Source: Trichodelitschia bisporula (Eukaryota). Taken from it: 64,000 nt of DNA. Made by a program: the position numbers and the translations under genes. The notes below the pieces were generated by a model. It did no database searches, was not told the origin of the DNA, and worked only from the letters and a program-made list of their open reading frames with translations. Below are positions 38,201-50,464 of this stretch, piece after piece (positions within the stretch are counted from its first letter, which is position 1; every line of letters begins with the position of its first letter). The stretch covers positions 248,001-312,000 of the forward strand of contig ML996693.1 of assembly GCA_010356995.1 (NCBI GenBank), written 5' to 3'.

Positions 38201-41200
38201 CAACACTGCGTGGATGGGAGCAGCCTTCTTCATTCTGTGGTTCATCCTGGCAAACTTCATTGTCCTGAACATGTTCATTGCTGTCATCCAGGAGAACTTT
38301 GACATCTCGGAGGATGAAAAGCGTCTACAGCAAGTTAAGGCCTTCTTGGAACAAAAGGAGCTTGGGGGAAGCAACCACGGCAACCTCTCTCTGTCCACCA
38401 TTTTTAAGTTCAGTCTTGCCAGCGGTCGGAAACGGGACCCACTCGCATTCGGATCCGCCACCACCGAAATGTTGTTGAAGGACGCAGTCGTCAAGGACTT
38501 TCTTGACCAGCAAGACGAACCCACGCCGTTTTCAAGCCCCCATATGGATGAGGATACCCAGCCCATACTTCGCCCAGCACCAACGGCCGTAGTGGGAAGT
38601 GGCACAATCTCATCTTGGTGGGGCTCATTGATGAGCCGTGTCTGGCACACCGAACCGAATCCATTTTACTCGCGTCTCGAATTCTCTCGGGCATATGAGG
38701 ACTTGGACCCGCGGCAGATGGCCAAGGAAGTCATGTCGGCTCGCGAAAGGCGGAAGAGAGCCCAGCGAGAGTACCTGCGCAAGCATCCTAACTACAACGT
38801 CTCACTTTACATCTTCGGCCCTCGGAATCCTATCCGTCGGTTCTGCCAACGAATCGTTGGGCCCGGCCGAGGTGGAGATCGCATCGACGGTGTTGCCCCT
38901 TCTGTGCCAATCTGGTACTCGTTTTCGGCATTCATCTACGCCTCCATCGTCGCCATGGTGCTTCTGGCGTGCATCACGACCCCTCTCTACCAGAAGGAGT
39001 ACTTTGGCAACCAGAAGTTCAGCGTGAAGAACTGGTTCGTCTTTTCCGACATGGGATTCGCCGTTCTTTTTACCATTGAAGCCTTGATTAAAGTCATTGC
39101 CGATGGGTTTTTCTTCACTCCCAATGCGTATTTCAGGGGCTCGTGGGGCTTCATTGATGGTGTAGTGTTGATAACGCTCTGGATCAATGTTGCGGCAGCA
39201 CTCTACAGCGAAGGCCAGGTCTCCCGCGCGGTTGGTGCCTTCAAAGCGCTAAGAGCACTCCGTCTCTTGAACGTCAGCGATAGCGCGCGGAACAACTTCC
39301 ACGCTGTCATCGTGCGCGGAGGGATCAAAGTCATGTCTGCAGCATTTGTATCGATCAGCTTGCTGATCCCCTTCGCCATCTATGGACTGAACCTGTTCGT
39401 CGGTAAGCTGGTGTCTTGCAACGATGGTGGTAACACGGCAGCTTCCGGCTTCACGGTTGGGATAACGGACCTCAACGACTGTGTGGGCGAGTACGTCACG
39501 AACAGCAACCCCTCGAACTGGAACATCCTCGCGCCTAGAGTGGCCTCGAATCCCTACTACTCCTTCGACAACTTTGGAGGCTCGCTGTTCATCCTCTTCC
39601 AGGTTGTCTCTCAAGAGGGCTGGATCGATGTCATGTGGAATACCATCAGCATCACCGGGGTCTTCAAGCAGCCGCAGCCATTCTCCTCATACGGCAACGC
39701 TATATTCTTCGTCGTCTTCAACTTGTTGGGCGCCGTCTTCGTGCTGACGTTGTTCGTGTCTGTCTTCATGCGGAACTACACCGAACAAACGGGTGTGGCC
39801 TTTTTGACCTCCGATCAGCGTTCGTGGCTTGAACTGCGCAAGCTACTGCGTCAAATATCCCCGTCAAAGCGCCCACTACCAAACTCAAAGCGAGGAGAAT
39901 GGAAAGAGTGGTGCTACAAGCGTGCCGTGAAAAAGACCGGTCGGTGGCAGCGATTTGTCACGGCAGTTCTTGTCTGCCATCTTATCCTGCTTTGTGTGGA
40001 GTTTTATCCCTCCAAAGATTGGTGGGACAGGACTCGCGGTACGTTTTTCTTTCTGGCTAGATGTTTGCTTGCTGATATGGTTTAGATTCGATGTTCTTCG
40101 CCTTCATACTCATCTACACTGCCAACATCGTCATTCGGATCGTCGGCTTGACGTGGGCAAGATTTAGAAAAAGCTCGTGGGACATCTACTCTCTGATATC
40201 CGTCTCGGCCGCCTTCACAGCGACGATTCTGGTGCTCGCTCAGCCTAAATCCTGGGTTATTGTTAGACTGCATAAGCTCGCGCTCGTCTCCATCGCCCTG
40301 CTCCTCATCCCCCGCAATAACCAGCTTGATCAACTATTCAAAACGGCAGCGGCCAGTTTGCCACTGATTCTGAATCTGTTGGCAACATGGTTTGTCTTGT
40401 TCCTCACGTTCGCCATCGCCCTGACCCAGACGTTTGGGCTCACCAAATTCAACCACAACGAATCGGGCAATATCAACTTTCGTAACGTGCCGAAGACGCT
40501 GATCCTGCTCTTCCGCACGAGTGTTGGCGAAGGCTGGAACCAGATCATGGAAGACTTTGCCACCATGCGGCCCCCTTATTGCACCGTCAGTTCGCTGCCA
40601 TTCGACAGTGACTGTGGCAGCGCTGAGTGGGCGCGGACACTTTTCATCGCTTGGAACATTCTCAGCATGTACATCTTCGTCAATTTGTTCGTGTCGCTCA
40701 TCTATGAGAGCTTCAGTTACGTGTATCAGCGTAGCAGTGGGCTGTCGGTCATCAGTCGCGAGGAGATTCGTCGGTTCAAGCAGGCGTGGGCAGAGTTTGA
40801 CCCCCATGGCACGGGCTACATCTCAAAGGAGGCGTTCCCTCGCTTACTTGGGGTACGTATCGACGCTTATCTGCGGTTTTCAATATGCTGACAATGGACT
40901 AGGAACTTTCAGGCGTTTTCGAGATGCGCATCTACGACGGCGACTGGTCGGTGGCACGCCTGATTGAAGACTGTAGCCGACCGCGTCGGGAGTCCGGTCT
41001 CCCGGTTGAGGACGGCCATGAACCGCGGGAGATTGACCTCAAGAAACTCAATCGCCGGCTTGCCGAACTGCCTGTCAAGGAGATCCAGAAGCGACGGCAT
41101 CGGATGAACAAATTCTACGAAGAAGTGCTTGTGTCCAGCGATCCCGACCGCGGCATTTCCTTCACGTCGCTCCTCATGATCCTGGCCCACTACAAGGTCA

Positions 41201-41871
41201 TCAACGACAACCGGAGTTTACGGTACGTTTATCGATGGCATATCCTTGATAACACAGCTGACCATGTCCGCAGTCTTCACGAATTCCTCCGTCGTCGAGC
41301 CCGCCTCCAACGCGTAGACGAGGCCGTCCGCCGCAACGTCGTCATCGGCTTCTTCGACACAGTCTACTGGTCCCGGCGCTTCCGGCACCACATGGAGCGC
41401 AAGCACGCCGGCCACATGACGGCCATCCCGCAATTCACCGTCCCGGAGATCTTCGTTGATGGCGAAGACGACGGCCCGGAGAACGAGCCGAACGCGGCGC
41501 GACACTCTCACTTTTCGGGCCTGGGTCCGTCGTCGCCTGGCCCATCGTCTATTGTGTCGTCGCCGCGCACGGGTGTTATGACGCCGCCTAATGGGCCTTC
41601 CGGGGCGACGACGCCGGCAGGTGGGAGCCCGACGCGCCTACGGCGGAATACAACACTAGACGATGTGGATGATAATTGGCAGCTTGCGGCGGCGATTAGT
41701 CGGCCTGTTAGCCCGTTGAACGCGCCTGAGCACGAGGGCGGGGGGCGGAGTCGGGCGGAGAGCAGTGTGAGTGCGCAGGATGTACTCGAGGTGCTGGACA
41801 ACTCGGTGTGGGGCGAGAGTATCCGGAAGAGCTTCAGCACGCGGAGGGGGGAAGGGAGCGGGGGACGATGA
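35280..41871 (+). CDS. CCH1: High-affinity Ca2+ channel subunit Cch1 (four-domain voltage-gated channel homologue)
   Basis: Four 6-TM repeats with S4 segments (FRMLSCLRILRLL, FKALRALRLL). Pore residues N/E/E/E (SSNTFS, SSENWT, SQEGWI, VGEGWN) and an EF-hand-like WAEFDPHGTGYIS. Introns 40039-40085, 40853-40902 and 41223-41273. Confidence 0.97.
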
Positions 41872-44800
41872 AAAGCGGGACGCGGGATGGATATCTAGAG
41901 GGACATGGAGTTTTGATGGGATCACGGTTGGCACGTTAACGGCATTTTCTTTGACTTTAATCGCCTCCTGCAGAGCGGCATATGTCGTGAGGGGCCTTTT
42001 GTGGTACGGCATCTTTGGGCATAGGTCATGTGGATTTCGGTCGGGGAGTGGGGCAGGGACTAGGTTTCCTATGTACGAACTGGGAGGGCGGCGTTTGGCG
42101 ATAGCGTTTCGTCGTTATCGCTGCAGGAGACGATGGGATCCCGAGCTGTGGCTCGTGTCAGTCGGCTTAGCTCTTTTGCGGGAAGGCACAGGGACTTTAC
42201 GGTCATGAGACGGTGGGGCAGTTGGGGTGTATGCGATGGAAAGGAGCTTGAGCGGCGAAGCATTGCAGGCGTTTTTTTTTTCCTTGTTGATAAATTTAGC
42301 GACTGGTGATGTGTGGGGAGCTATTAGGGCCTCCTTCGCGATTAGACTAGATGGAAGGACAGGTGCCCTTATCACTTAGTGCGTGATGCTTTGCTTGCTA
42401 CGGTATATTGTTATATGGTTCGAGCATCATACGACACGTACACAGGACATGAGAAATTTTCTTCCTAGCATGCCTTCAACTCTTCATCAATTTGGTGAGG
42501 TCCTCAATCGACGATATCGCGAATGGCTAAGCCGTTGCTAAATCGCTTGGTATCTACCGTACCTGCCGCGGGTCTGACTAGCAGCTCGGCTGCCGACTCG
42601 ATACTCTGCAGGTACAAGCTCATCATTCCAGATGTTGGAGTAGATGGGAGAGTTAGGCTCGCGATTGGGGTAGCGAGGCTGGCGTGCTGCTTGCAGCAGA
42701 AACAATAGTTCAGCGTACCTGCATGCGGCCGCTGCATGGGATGCATGGGATCTTCGTATCGGCATGGCAGGTTGTTCTAGAAGGCTACCGGATGGCGCGA
42801 AGCGTCGTTTCAACGGTCACGGTGGGGGGGGGGGCTGGGGCATGAGGGTCTCGACGGTTTTGTGCCTGATCTCCTGCCGGCTTTGGATATTTTTCTGCAG
42901 GATGGAGATTTGGAGAGACTGGCACGGCTGGAAATGTAGGGCTTGCATACTGGAGGGAGGACGGCAGGGCGGGGTAAGGTTGTGGTTCGCGGGTTTTTTG
43001 AGGGTGGTTTGAGAAAGAGAATGGGCGGGCGGGGGGCGTTTGAGGCAGAGGAAGAGGCGTTTTTGGGGTCGGGGATTTTTCGAGGAAGTGTATGAATGTA
43101 GGTTTGCCTGGGAAGGGCATTGGGTTGAAGGAGAGGGAGGATTGGAGGGTGAATTGATGGCCAGATTGCTGGCTACTCGGTCGACATTCCTTCAATCAAG
43201 AGATTCATGGCAACCCTTACTGCGGATCATTAACTCGACGAATTCGGGATTCCGGAAACGGTCTACGGAGGAGGGAGGTATTTTGGGAAGCATTACTTTG
43301 GGAGGAATGTTAGAGTGTTCGTCGATTGGGGCAACGTGACGGGATTGCGGGTGCCTGATTCCACATATTCTCTTTCGCTTCAACATCGCGAGAGTGGCCT
43401 CGCCTGGAGAGTACCGCACGGTACGTACCAGAAGTCGGCACCGGCCTGAGGGATCGAAGGATGTGGAGGATGGATAGGATATTGGGTATGGGATGCCGCC
43501 TCTCTTCTCTAGAGTCTTGGTGTTCTGGAGCTGGCTTAGAGTACATGCAATGCAATGCACGGCATGACAGATGTGTCTAACGATATTCGCTTGGTGCTTC
43601 TAAACCCCAACATCAGACGCCGCGGCCGTCGTCTCACCCTAGGCTCTGAAACGCCTCAGCGTCAGTGACGCGATGGCCGTGGCTGGCCCGCCTGCAACCA
43701 CCCTTCCTCTCCTTGAGCTTCACAATCCAGGCCTCAGCGATAGATGGTTCGCTGGTCTTTAGCTGGCCGTGTACTGCATGCAGCTCTACGGCATCGCTAG
43801 GCATCGCTAGTTCTAGACATCGCTATCGCCCAGATGCGATGCCCGCCTCGGCTCCTCCAAGCATCAGGTCTAAGCTTCATCTTCCGCTCATTCTTCGCTC
43901 CACCATGACCTTGCGTCAAAGGCCATCGCCACGGGTAACCCATCCGCAAGCATTCCACACCGCATATCGTGTACGAGGCGTCTTTCGCCCTCCGGGCCCC
44001 AGAGCTCCACCTAGCTCAGCTGGGGATAGTGGAGTACAGTATACGTCTGCGGGGCTGGCCCAAACGTCTCGCCCTTCCTGTTGCCCTGTTTCTTCTCCCC
44101 CCAAAGTGTCCCATCTTGTTCAAACACCCCAGTCCAGATTCAACAATCCCCCACCCAACAACCACCCAAACTGCCACCACCAAAGCAACCCCGGAAGCCG
44201 TCCTGCGCGACCTTCCACCCGGCACGCCCAGCGATGTGACACACGCAACGGCCATGTCCGCTCCGAGATGTGCGTCTGGCTTGTGCCTCATGTGTCTCGC
44301 ACCTTGTCCACCCCTCAACCCCCCAGTCCCCTCTCCTCTCCCTCCGCATTGTCTCCAATATAAACCAGTTTCCCTTGGAACAGAGAGAAGAAAAGGAGGC
44401 GTTTGTCAATGCTTTTTGTACTTCTACTTCTCCTAGCTACAACATCCCATACTTTCATTTATTAAACACACAGATTCCCCTTCCCTCACCCCAACCAACC
44501 ACACACACCCCGACCCGTTCATCGGTCATTAATCTGGAGAATTTCGTCGAACACACACTCGTCCTCGTATCGCCCATACTGCCCTCCTTTGCATCTGCCC
44601 TCGTCATCCCACTCGTTTTGGGTTACGCACGTTGAAAGTGCCAAACCCCAATCATAGATTAACCCCATCGTTTCGGGGAGATCGTCCTCACACCGGGTCC
44701 ACCCCGTTCCACTCCCTACACCAAAACACCACCTTTACCGGTGCCCATCTCTTCATTCCCGGGCTTGCTTCAAATTGACCAACTGGCTTTCTGGTCTTTT

Positions 44801-45048
44801 CGCCGCACGTTGCCTTTCCGACAACCCATCAAAAACCCCCAGGCCACCTGCTCGCTTCTTCCTCCGCCTTACACCTACCTACTTCCAACACTCTCTCTTC
44901 TCTCGTTCAGCCCTTCAACAATCTTCAATTGCGAGAACAGCTGGACCTGATCCGCTTTTGTCCTTTCTCCCTCTGGACCACCTCCTCCACCATTACCACC
45001 ACGGACACTCTTAACTGAGCTGCCCACCACACACCACACCACACCCCA

Positions 45049-45101
45049 CCAACACCAACACCAACACCAACACCAACACCAACACCAACACCAACACCAA
45101 C
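45049..45101. repeat. Hexanucleotide microsatellite (CCAACA)x8.8
   Basis: Directly visible; ends 15 nt before the ATG at 45117. Confidence 0.95.
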
Positions 45102-45116
45102 CAACCGCAACCCACC

Positions 45117-45521
45117 ATGCACTCCCCCTCCACCGACAGCCTCTCTTCCCTCTCCCCCTCCGGCCTCCGCCGCCTCACCACCGCCTTCCACCCCTCCCCC
45201 CCCTCAACAACAGCCCCCTTCCCCCCCCGCTCGCGGGGCTCCCATGAATTCTCACCCGACTCCCTCTTCTCCTCCTGCTCGTCCTCCAGCCTCTCGTCCA
45301 TCTTCAGCGCCACCTCTAGGCTCCGCGCCCTCATCATGCGCCACCGCAAGCCGAGCACCGTCGACCTGCGCCTCGAGGAGGAGCGCCGGTGTTTCCAGGC
45401 TGAGTTGGGTGTGCTGGAACCCAGGCCTGTGGCTGCGGGGTTGGGGATGGGGATGGGGATGGGGTATGGGGCGCCGTGCGTTATGGGGGGGATTTTTGAG
45501 GTGCTTGAGGGACGGGCTTAG
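45117..45521 (+). CDS. Small hypothetical protein (134 aa, Ser-rich N-terminus)
   Basis: ATG in a CCACC context and a TATAAA at 44359. The C-terminal half looks protein-like (LIMRHRKPSTVDLRLEEERR...LGVLEPRP...MGGIFEVLEGRA). It shows the same C-to-G skew as neighbouring real genes. Confidence 0.65.
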   Translation: MHSPSTDSLSSLSPSGLRRLTTAFHPSPPSTTAPFPPRSRGSHEFSPDSLFSSCSSSSLSSIFSATSRLRALIMRHRKPSTVDLRLEEERRCFQAELGVLEPRPVAAGLGMGMGMGYGAPCVMGGIFEVLEGRA

Positions 45522-46935
45522 GGCGCTTCTACTCGACCAGCTGAGATCCTGACTGGGACGAAAGTCTCGGCCTGGCGGCTTCGGCGGCTGGTTTTGTCTA
45601 GTTGTCTCGCCCTTGAACGGGCCTACGGCCGGATGCAAACCCGATCCGGAAGGAATTTTTCTATTGGTGTAATTCCGTTTTGAGGGGAGGGAAAGATGGG
45701 CGCGCGTGTGCTGTGCGAAGATACCTATTTCTGCTCGGGGACACTGAATTCCGGCGTAAACGGCACAGAAGTACGACCTGGGATACTGGCGTTGAATGGA
45801 ATGGGAAATACGGGGACATATTTGGTTTTCTCTCATAGGCGGGCTCGACCGGAATAGGTTGCCTTGTCCTGTCTTTTAGACGGTTAATAAGACAAAGTTC
45901 AAAAGCTGATATTTGTGCGCTGCCTGTGCTTGCAACTGTCATCTCTGTCAGCTCTTGTCAGTGGCCTGTGAGATTTGTAGTTTGGTACGATCCGCCAGTC
46001 CGCGGGTGCGAGGGAATCGAGCTCGAGGCCATTTTTTGGCGCACAAGGACTCGATGAAGTAGCCCTGTGCTACTATACCGCTCACCAAGCGCGAGGCGAT
46101 GTCATCTGCCTCTTGTGCGACGGTGTCGATAATCGGTAAAGGGTGAGACAGATATGCTGGGTTCGCGGACAGACACACGTCGTCCCCTTCTGGCAGATGC
46201 AGATTTGGTTGTACGGAGGGTTACGCAGAAGTGAGTGTCCGACCGCACTTTTTGATCGGAGATGGTCGGCGGGCGTTTGGCGGGCTTGGATCGGCGGCGT
46301 GGATGGGGGGGGGGGGATCAGGAGGCTGCTTGGGTGGGCGCGTAGGGTTGGACTTGTGCCGGTACTGTGCGGTACTGTAGCACTGGTGTCAACCGCGATC
46401 GTGGGAACTCGGTGGTTGAGGGATTCCTGTGGTGGTCGTCCCTGCTGACTGATCGCGGTGCGGGCGGGGGTCGCGTAGGCGCGCCCGCGACGCGCCGATG
46501 CGCCCTCGTTACTGTACCTCACCATCTTTCCCTCGATATCTGGATTTCCTGGCGGAGATAGCGAGTAACTGCAAGGGAGAAACAAGGTGTATGTCCGGGA
46601 TCGGTTTAATTGATTAATTGTCGAGAAGGGATTGCTGGATTGGAAGTGTGGTTGGTGTTGGATTTGCGCGCGGCCGGGAGAGCGACGGACGCCACGACGA
46701 CATACGCCACAGCTACCGCGACAACTGCACATCGCGACGGCAAGTACGCCTGTAACGTTTGATACCAGGCTTCTGAGTGTGCAAAGCTCTAGGAATTGGA
46801 TCCTTCTGGCTACCCCCACAGTGAAAGCAGCATCCCCGCGTCTGTCAATATCTCTGCATACCTCTCGATACCCCTCGCTTCACCTACATCCAACACCGAC
46901 CCTCGCGACTCAATCGCGCACCCAGCACAGACACC

Positions 46936-47815
46936 ATGCCGCCGCGCAAAGCGCGACCGGAAGATGGCGCCTCGGGCACGGTGACGCCGGGCGTGGGCAT
47001 CGAGGTACTGCACCCCCTCACTCCTTCCCTCCCTCGCACCAGCCCGTCCCCACAAACCCTCACTAACGCCCACAGGAACTCAACCTCCCCAAAACCATGA
47101 TTGCACGTCTAGCCAAAGGCATGCTCCCTGCCAACACATCGATCAACAAAGAAGCACTACTCGCAATAAGCAAGAGCGCAACCGTATTCGTGAGCTACAT
47201 CAGTGCTCAGGCGAACGACAACGCGCTGCGCGGCGGCAAGAAGACGATCCAACCTGAGAATGTGTTTGAGGCTATGGCCGATCTGGAGATGGGGGATTTT
47301 GTACCGAGGTTGGAGGCGGAGTTGAAGAGTGAGTTTCCTTGTGGAGGGGAGGGGGAATTTTGGGGGGGTGCTGACGAGGGCTAGAGTATAATGCGATGCA
47401 GTGCGAGAAGAGGAATAATTATAGGAGGAAGATTCGTGATGAGCAGAAGGCGAAGAAGACGGCGACGGGTGGGGGGGATACTAGTGCTTTGGCTGATGAG
47501 GGTGATGGGGAGGCTCAGGCTTCGAAGAAGGTGAGGAGGACTACAGCGGGTGAGGCGGATTCGGTGATGCCGGTGGGCTTGGAGGGGGAGGGTGAGGAGG
47601 ATGAGGAGGAGGAGGAGGTTGGGGAAGGTGAGGAGGGTGAGGATGAGGAGGGTGAGGATGGGGCGGAAGAGGGAGAGGGTGAAGAAGAGGAAGAGGAGGA
47701 GGAAGATGATGTGGTTTACGAAGAAGAGGAGGAAGTTGACGTCGATGAACGCCTTGAGGATGAGGACATGCGTGATGGAAATCAGTCTGATGTTGAGGAT
47801 GAGGATAGCGACTAA
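46936..47815 (+). CDS. DPB4: DNA polymerase epsilon / CHRAC histone-fold subunit Dpb4 with acidic tail
   Basis: MPPRK...GIE-ELNLPKTMIARLAKGMLPANTSINKEALLAISKSATVFVSYI...KKTIQPENVFEAMADLEM; introns 47005-47075 and 47329-47384. Confidence 0.9.
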
Positions 47816-48166
47816 AGAAACTGGGTATAACGCCTTGATATTCACGTCCGGCATGGCTTTCACTCTGTGCTCTTGAGGATTGAGTGCACATTGTCCTTTT
47901 GACAGACCACATTGAGATGCCTAAGGGCTACTGTTCCATCTCAGGATACAAGCGACATATACATGCCTTCTGCTCCGAGCTCTCACTAGCGGTTGCTTGA
48001 ACTTGAGCCGTAAAGTATGATCACTGATAGCACACTTTCCCTCAAGCCTTCTCCATGTCATTATTACAGGATTGACTTGCATCTTTCCTCATGCCATGAG
48101 ATGAAAGGTACATCCTCAGCCCCATAATGCAGCCTGCGGCGTGGTGGCGGTAAACACGCCGCTCCC

Positions 48167-48735
48167 CTACTTCTTAAGTAACACATCCTCCCGGAAGCGA
48201 ACTACGCGCGTCAGTCAGAGCCTCCCCAATATAACGATACCTACACCTCGTCATGCGCTCCGTATCCACGATATTGGCCCAGTTCCGCGCATGCTCCTCA
48301 AGCGCCTTGGGATTGTTCCACGCATACCCCGGCGCGTCCTCGTCCTTCGTCCACTTGTACCCAGAAGCCTCCCTAATGGCATCCAGCTGCGGAGCCATCT
48401 CCGGCTTCTGCGCATCCTGAGGCGTTGTCTCCATGCTCGTGAAGTCGATGCTGCGCTTCCCGTTCGCGTTCAACGTGGGTGCGGGCGCGAGTGCGTGCGC
48501 GTTGTGGATTGGGGTGGGGTTGTGCGAGTTTGGTGGCGAGAAGTCGGACTGCGGGTTAGAGGCACGGGGCGGAGTGGACGGGAGGCGACTGGAGGAGGAG
48601 AGGGAGAGGTCGAGCATCTGTGCATCTGCAAACGGGGTCAGTGGATGTGGGGAGAGGGACGGGGAGGGGTGGTGGGGGGGGGGGGGGTTTATTACCCGCT
48701 TGGTTCTCTTGATTGGCTGGGTCGGAGGGCGCCAT
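48167..48735 (-). CDS. Small fungal hypothetical protein
   Basis: ATG at 48735, intron 48626-48695 and probable intron 48202-48244. C-terminal block GYKWTKDEDAPGYAWNNPKALEEHARNWANIVD follows a disordered region. Confidence 0.7.
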
Positions 48736-49101
48736 GGCTATGCGCTTTGCTGTCGACTATCGACGATGTGTACTGAAAGAGACAGATGTATACGAGCGGA
48801 GTATGGCGTTGTCGAGAGGTGTCGCAACTGACTGTTCACCACGATGATGCATCTTTCCGCCTTGGTGCCTTGCGTGGCGCATCGCTGCAAAAGCGCTTGG
48901 CATCACGAAGGGGACGAGGCTGAAAAGTGGCGGGGTCCCCAAGCGCCCAGGCCGGTTCCCCGTCCCGCGTCCCTTGCATCCAAACCCCTCCAACCACCAC
49001 GTCGTCCTCTCCGAACCACCCGGCAACATCACCATCCGATCACTCGCCTACGTCTCTTACATAACTTCATTCTCCTTCATATCCCCTAATACGACACAAC
49101 G

Positions 49102-50007
49102 ATGAGCTCTGCACGATCAAAAGTCCCAGACGCGTGGGACGACGACTGGGAGAAGGTAGCCGATGTACGCGCACCACCCGATCACGCTTCGCCGCTCCCT
49201 ATTGACACCATATAGCAAGAACCAAGCGCACCGTCCCAGGCCTCCGCACAACCGGAAACCAAACTCAGCAAAGCTGAACGCCGCGCCCGGCACGCAGAAG
49301 CAAACAAGCGCCTCTGGCAAGCAGCGTCCGTAACCCCACCCCTTCCACCCACCACGACGGTCCCACGGACACCGCTTCGCACAACAGGAATGATACTAAC
49401 CCACCCCAGCGAAACGCCCGACCGACCCCTCTTCGTCGACGCCAACGACTCCATCCCCCTCAAGACCGAATTCAAACCCCCAGTCAAGGTCGTCCTAAGC
49501 CGCAAGCCGCCCACCAACGTCGCCAAATCAATGGGCAACATGAAGCTAGACGACGACTCAGACAGCGAGGCCGAGGCAGCTGCCAAACGCGAACGCGAGT
49601 TCGCAGAGCGGCAGGCGCGCGCCGCGCGCGAGCGCGAGGAGAAACAGCGCAAGTACGCGGAGGCGCGTGAAAGGCTGTTTGGCACGGGGACGGGCAGCGG
49701 AGGTGCCCCCGGGGATACGCGCAATGCTTCGCCATCCGTAAACAGCAGCCGGAATTCGTCCCGCGGCAAGGGGCGCGAGCGCGCAGACCCGCAATCCGAA
49801 CCTGCCGATCAATCGCCCGCGCGTGCAGGCCCGACGAGGCGCCAGCTGTTCGATCCGGGGTATACGTCGAAGCCGGTCGGGCAGAGGGCGGGGGGGCTGG
49901 CGGTGCAGGAGGAGAGACCAATTCGGGCGCCGAAGGGGCCGGATGCGAGTGGGCGGGGGGGGTTTGGGTTTGCGCTGCGAGGGGGCAGGGGCGGGATGAC
50001 CTCTTAG
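49102..50007 (+). CDS. SUZ/SUZ-C domain protein (SZRD1-like putative RNA-binding protein)
   Basis: N-terminal VPDAWDDDWE, SUZ core VKVVLSRKP...EREEKQRKYAEARERLFG and SUZ-C-like PIRAPKGPDASGRGGFGF; introns about 49166-49216 and 49326-49409. Confidence 0.85.
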
Positions 50008-50464
50008 GTTCCAGGGCGGGGTGAAGAGGCGGATGAAGGGAGTTCAGGATGTGGTGCGCAGTGATACCCCCGGATTTTTTTCGTGGCCGGAGCTAGGTCC
50101 GACGAGGCGTTAGGGAGGAGATGCGATCGGCGCCGTTTCGATGCGACCCTTGAACCCGAGGAGGGGGATCGGAGCTACAGTACCCGCGTCTTGGGACGGG
50201 CGAAGGAGATCGATTGGCTTAATTGACATATTTTGGTTTCCCGGATTTGTGCGCGAGCGCTGTGGACCCCGACGTGCATTGTGCTGTCAACAGCGGAACG
50301 CAGTTCGATCACGATCGCCAGTCGCGTATCGAACCAGGATCGCGATATATCGCTTACTTAAGGAGCCTCCATGGCACGTCTCAGCAGCCAACGGACACGC
50401 ACCCGGCTCATAATCGAGCCTTCTTCTTATTCTTACCTTTCGTACCACCTTTACCAGCACATTC

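Noticed and set aside
43665..44635. Overlapping ORFs of 120-230 aa upstream of 45117
   Set aside because: Non-ATG starts, low-complexity Pro/Ser products and no domain or splice support; more likely promoter and leader sequence.
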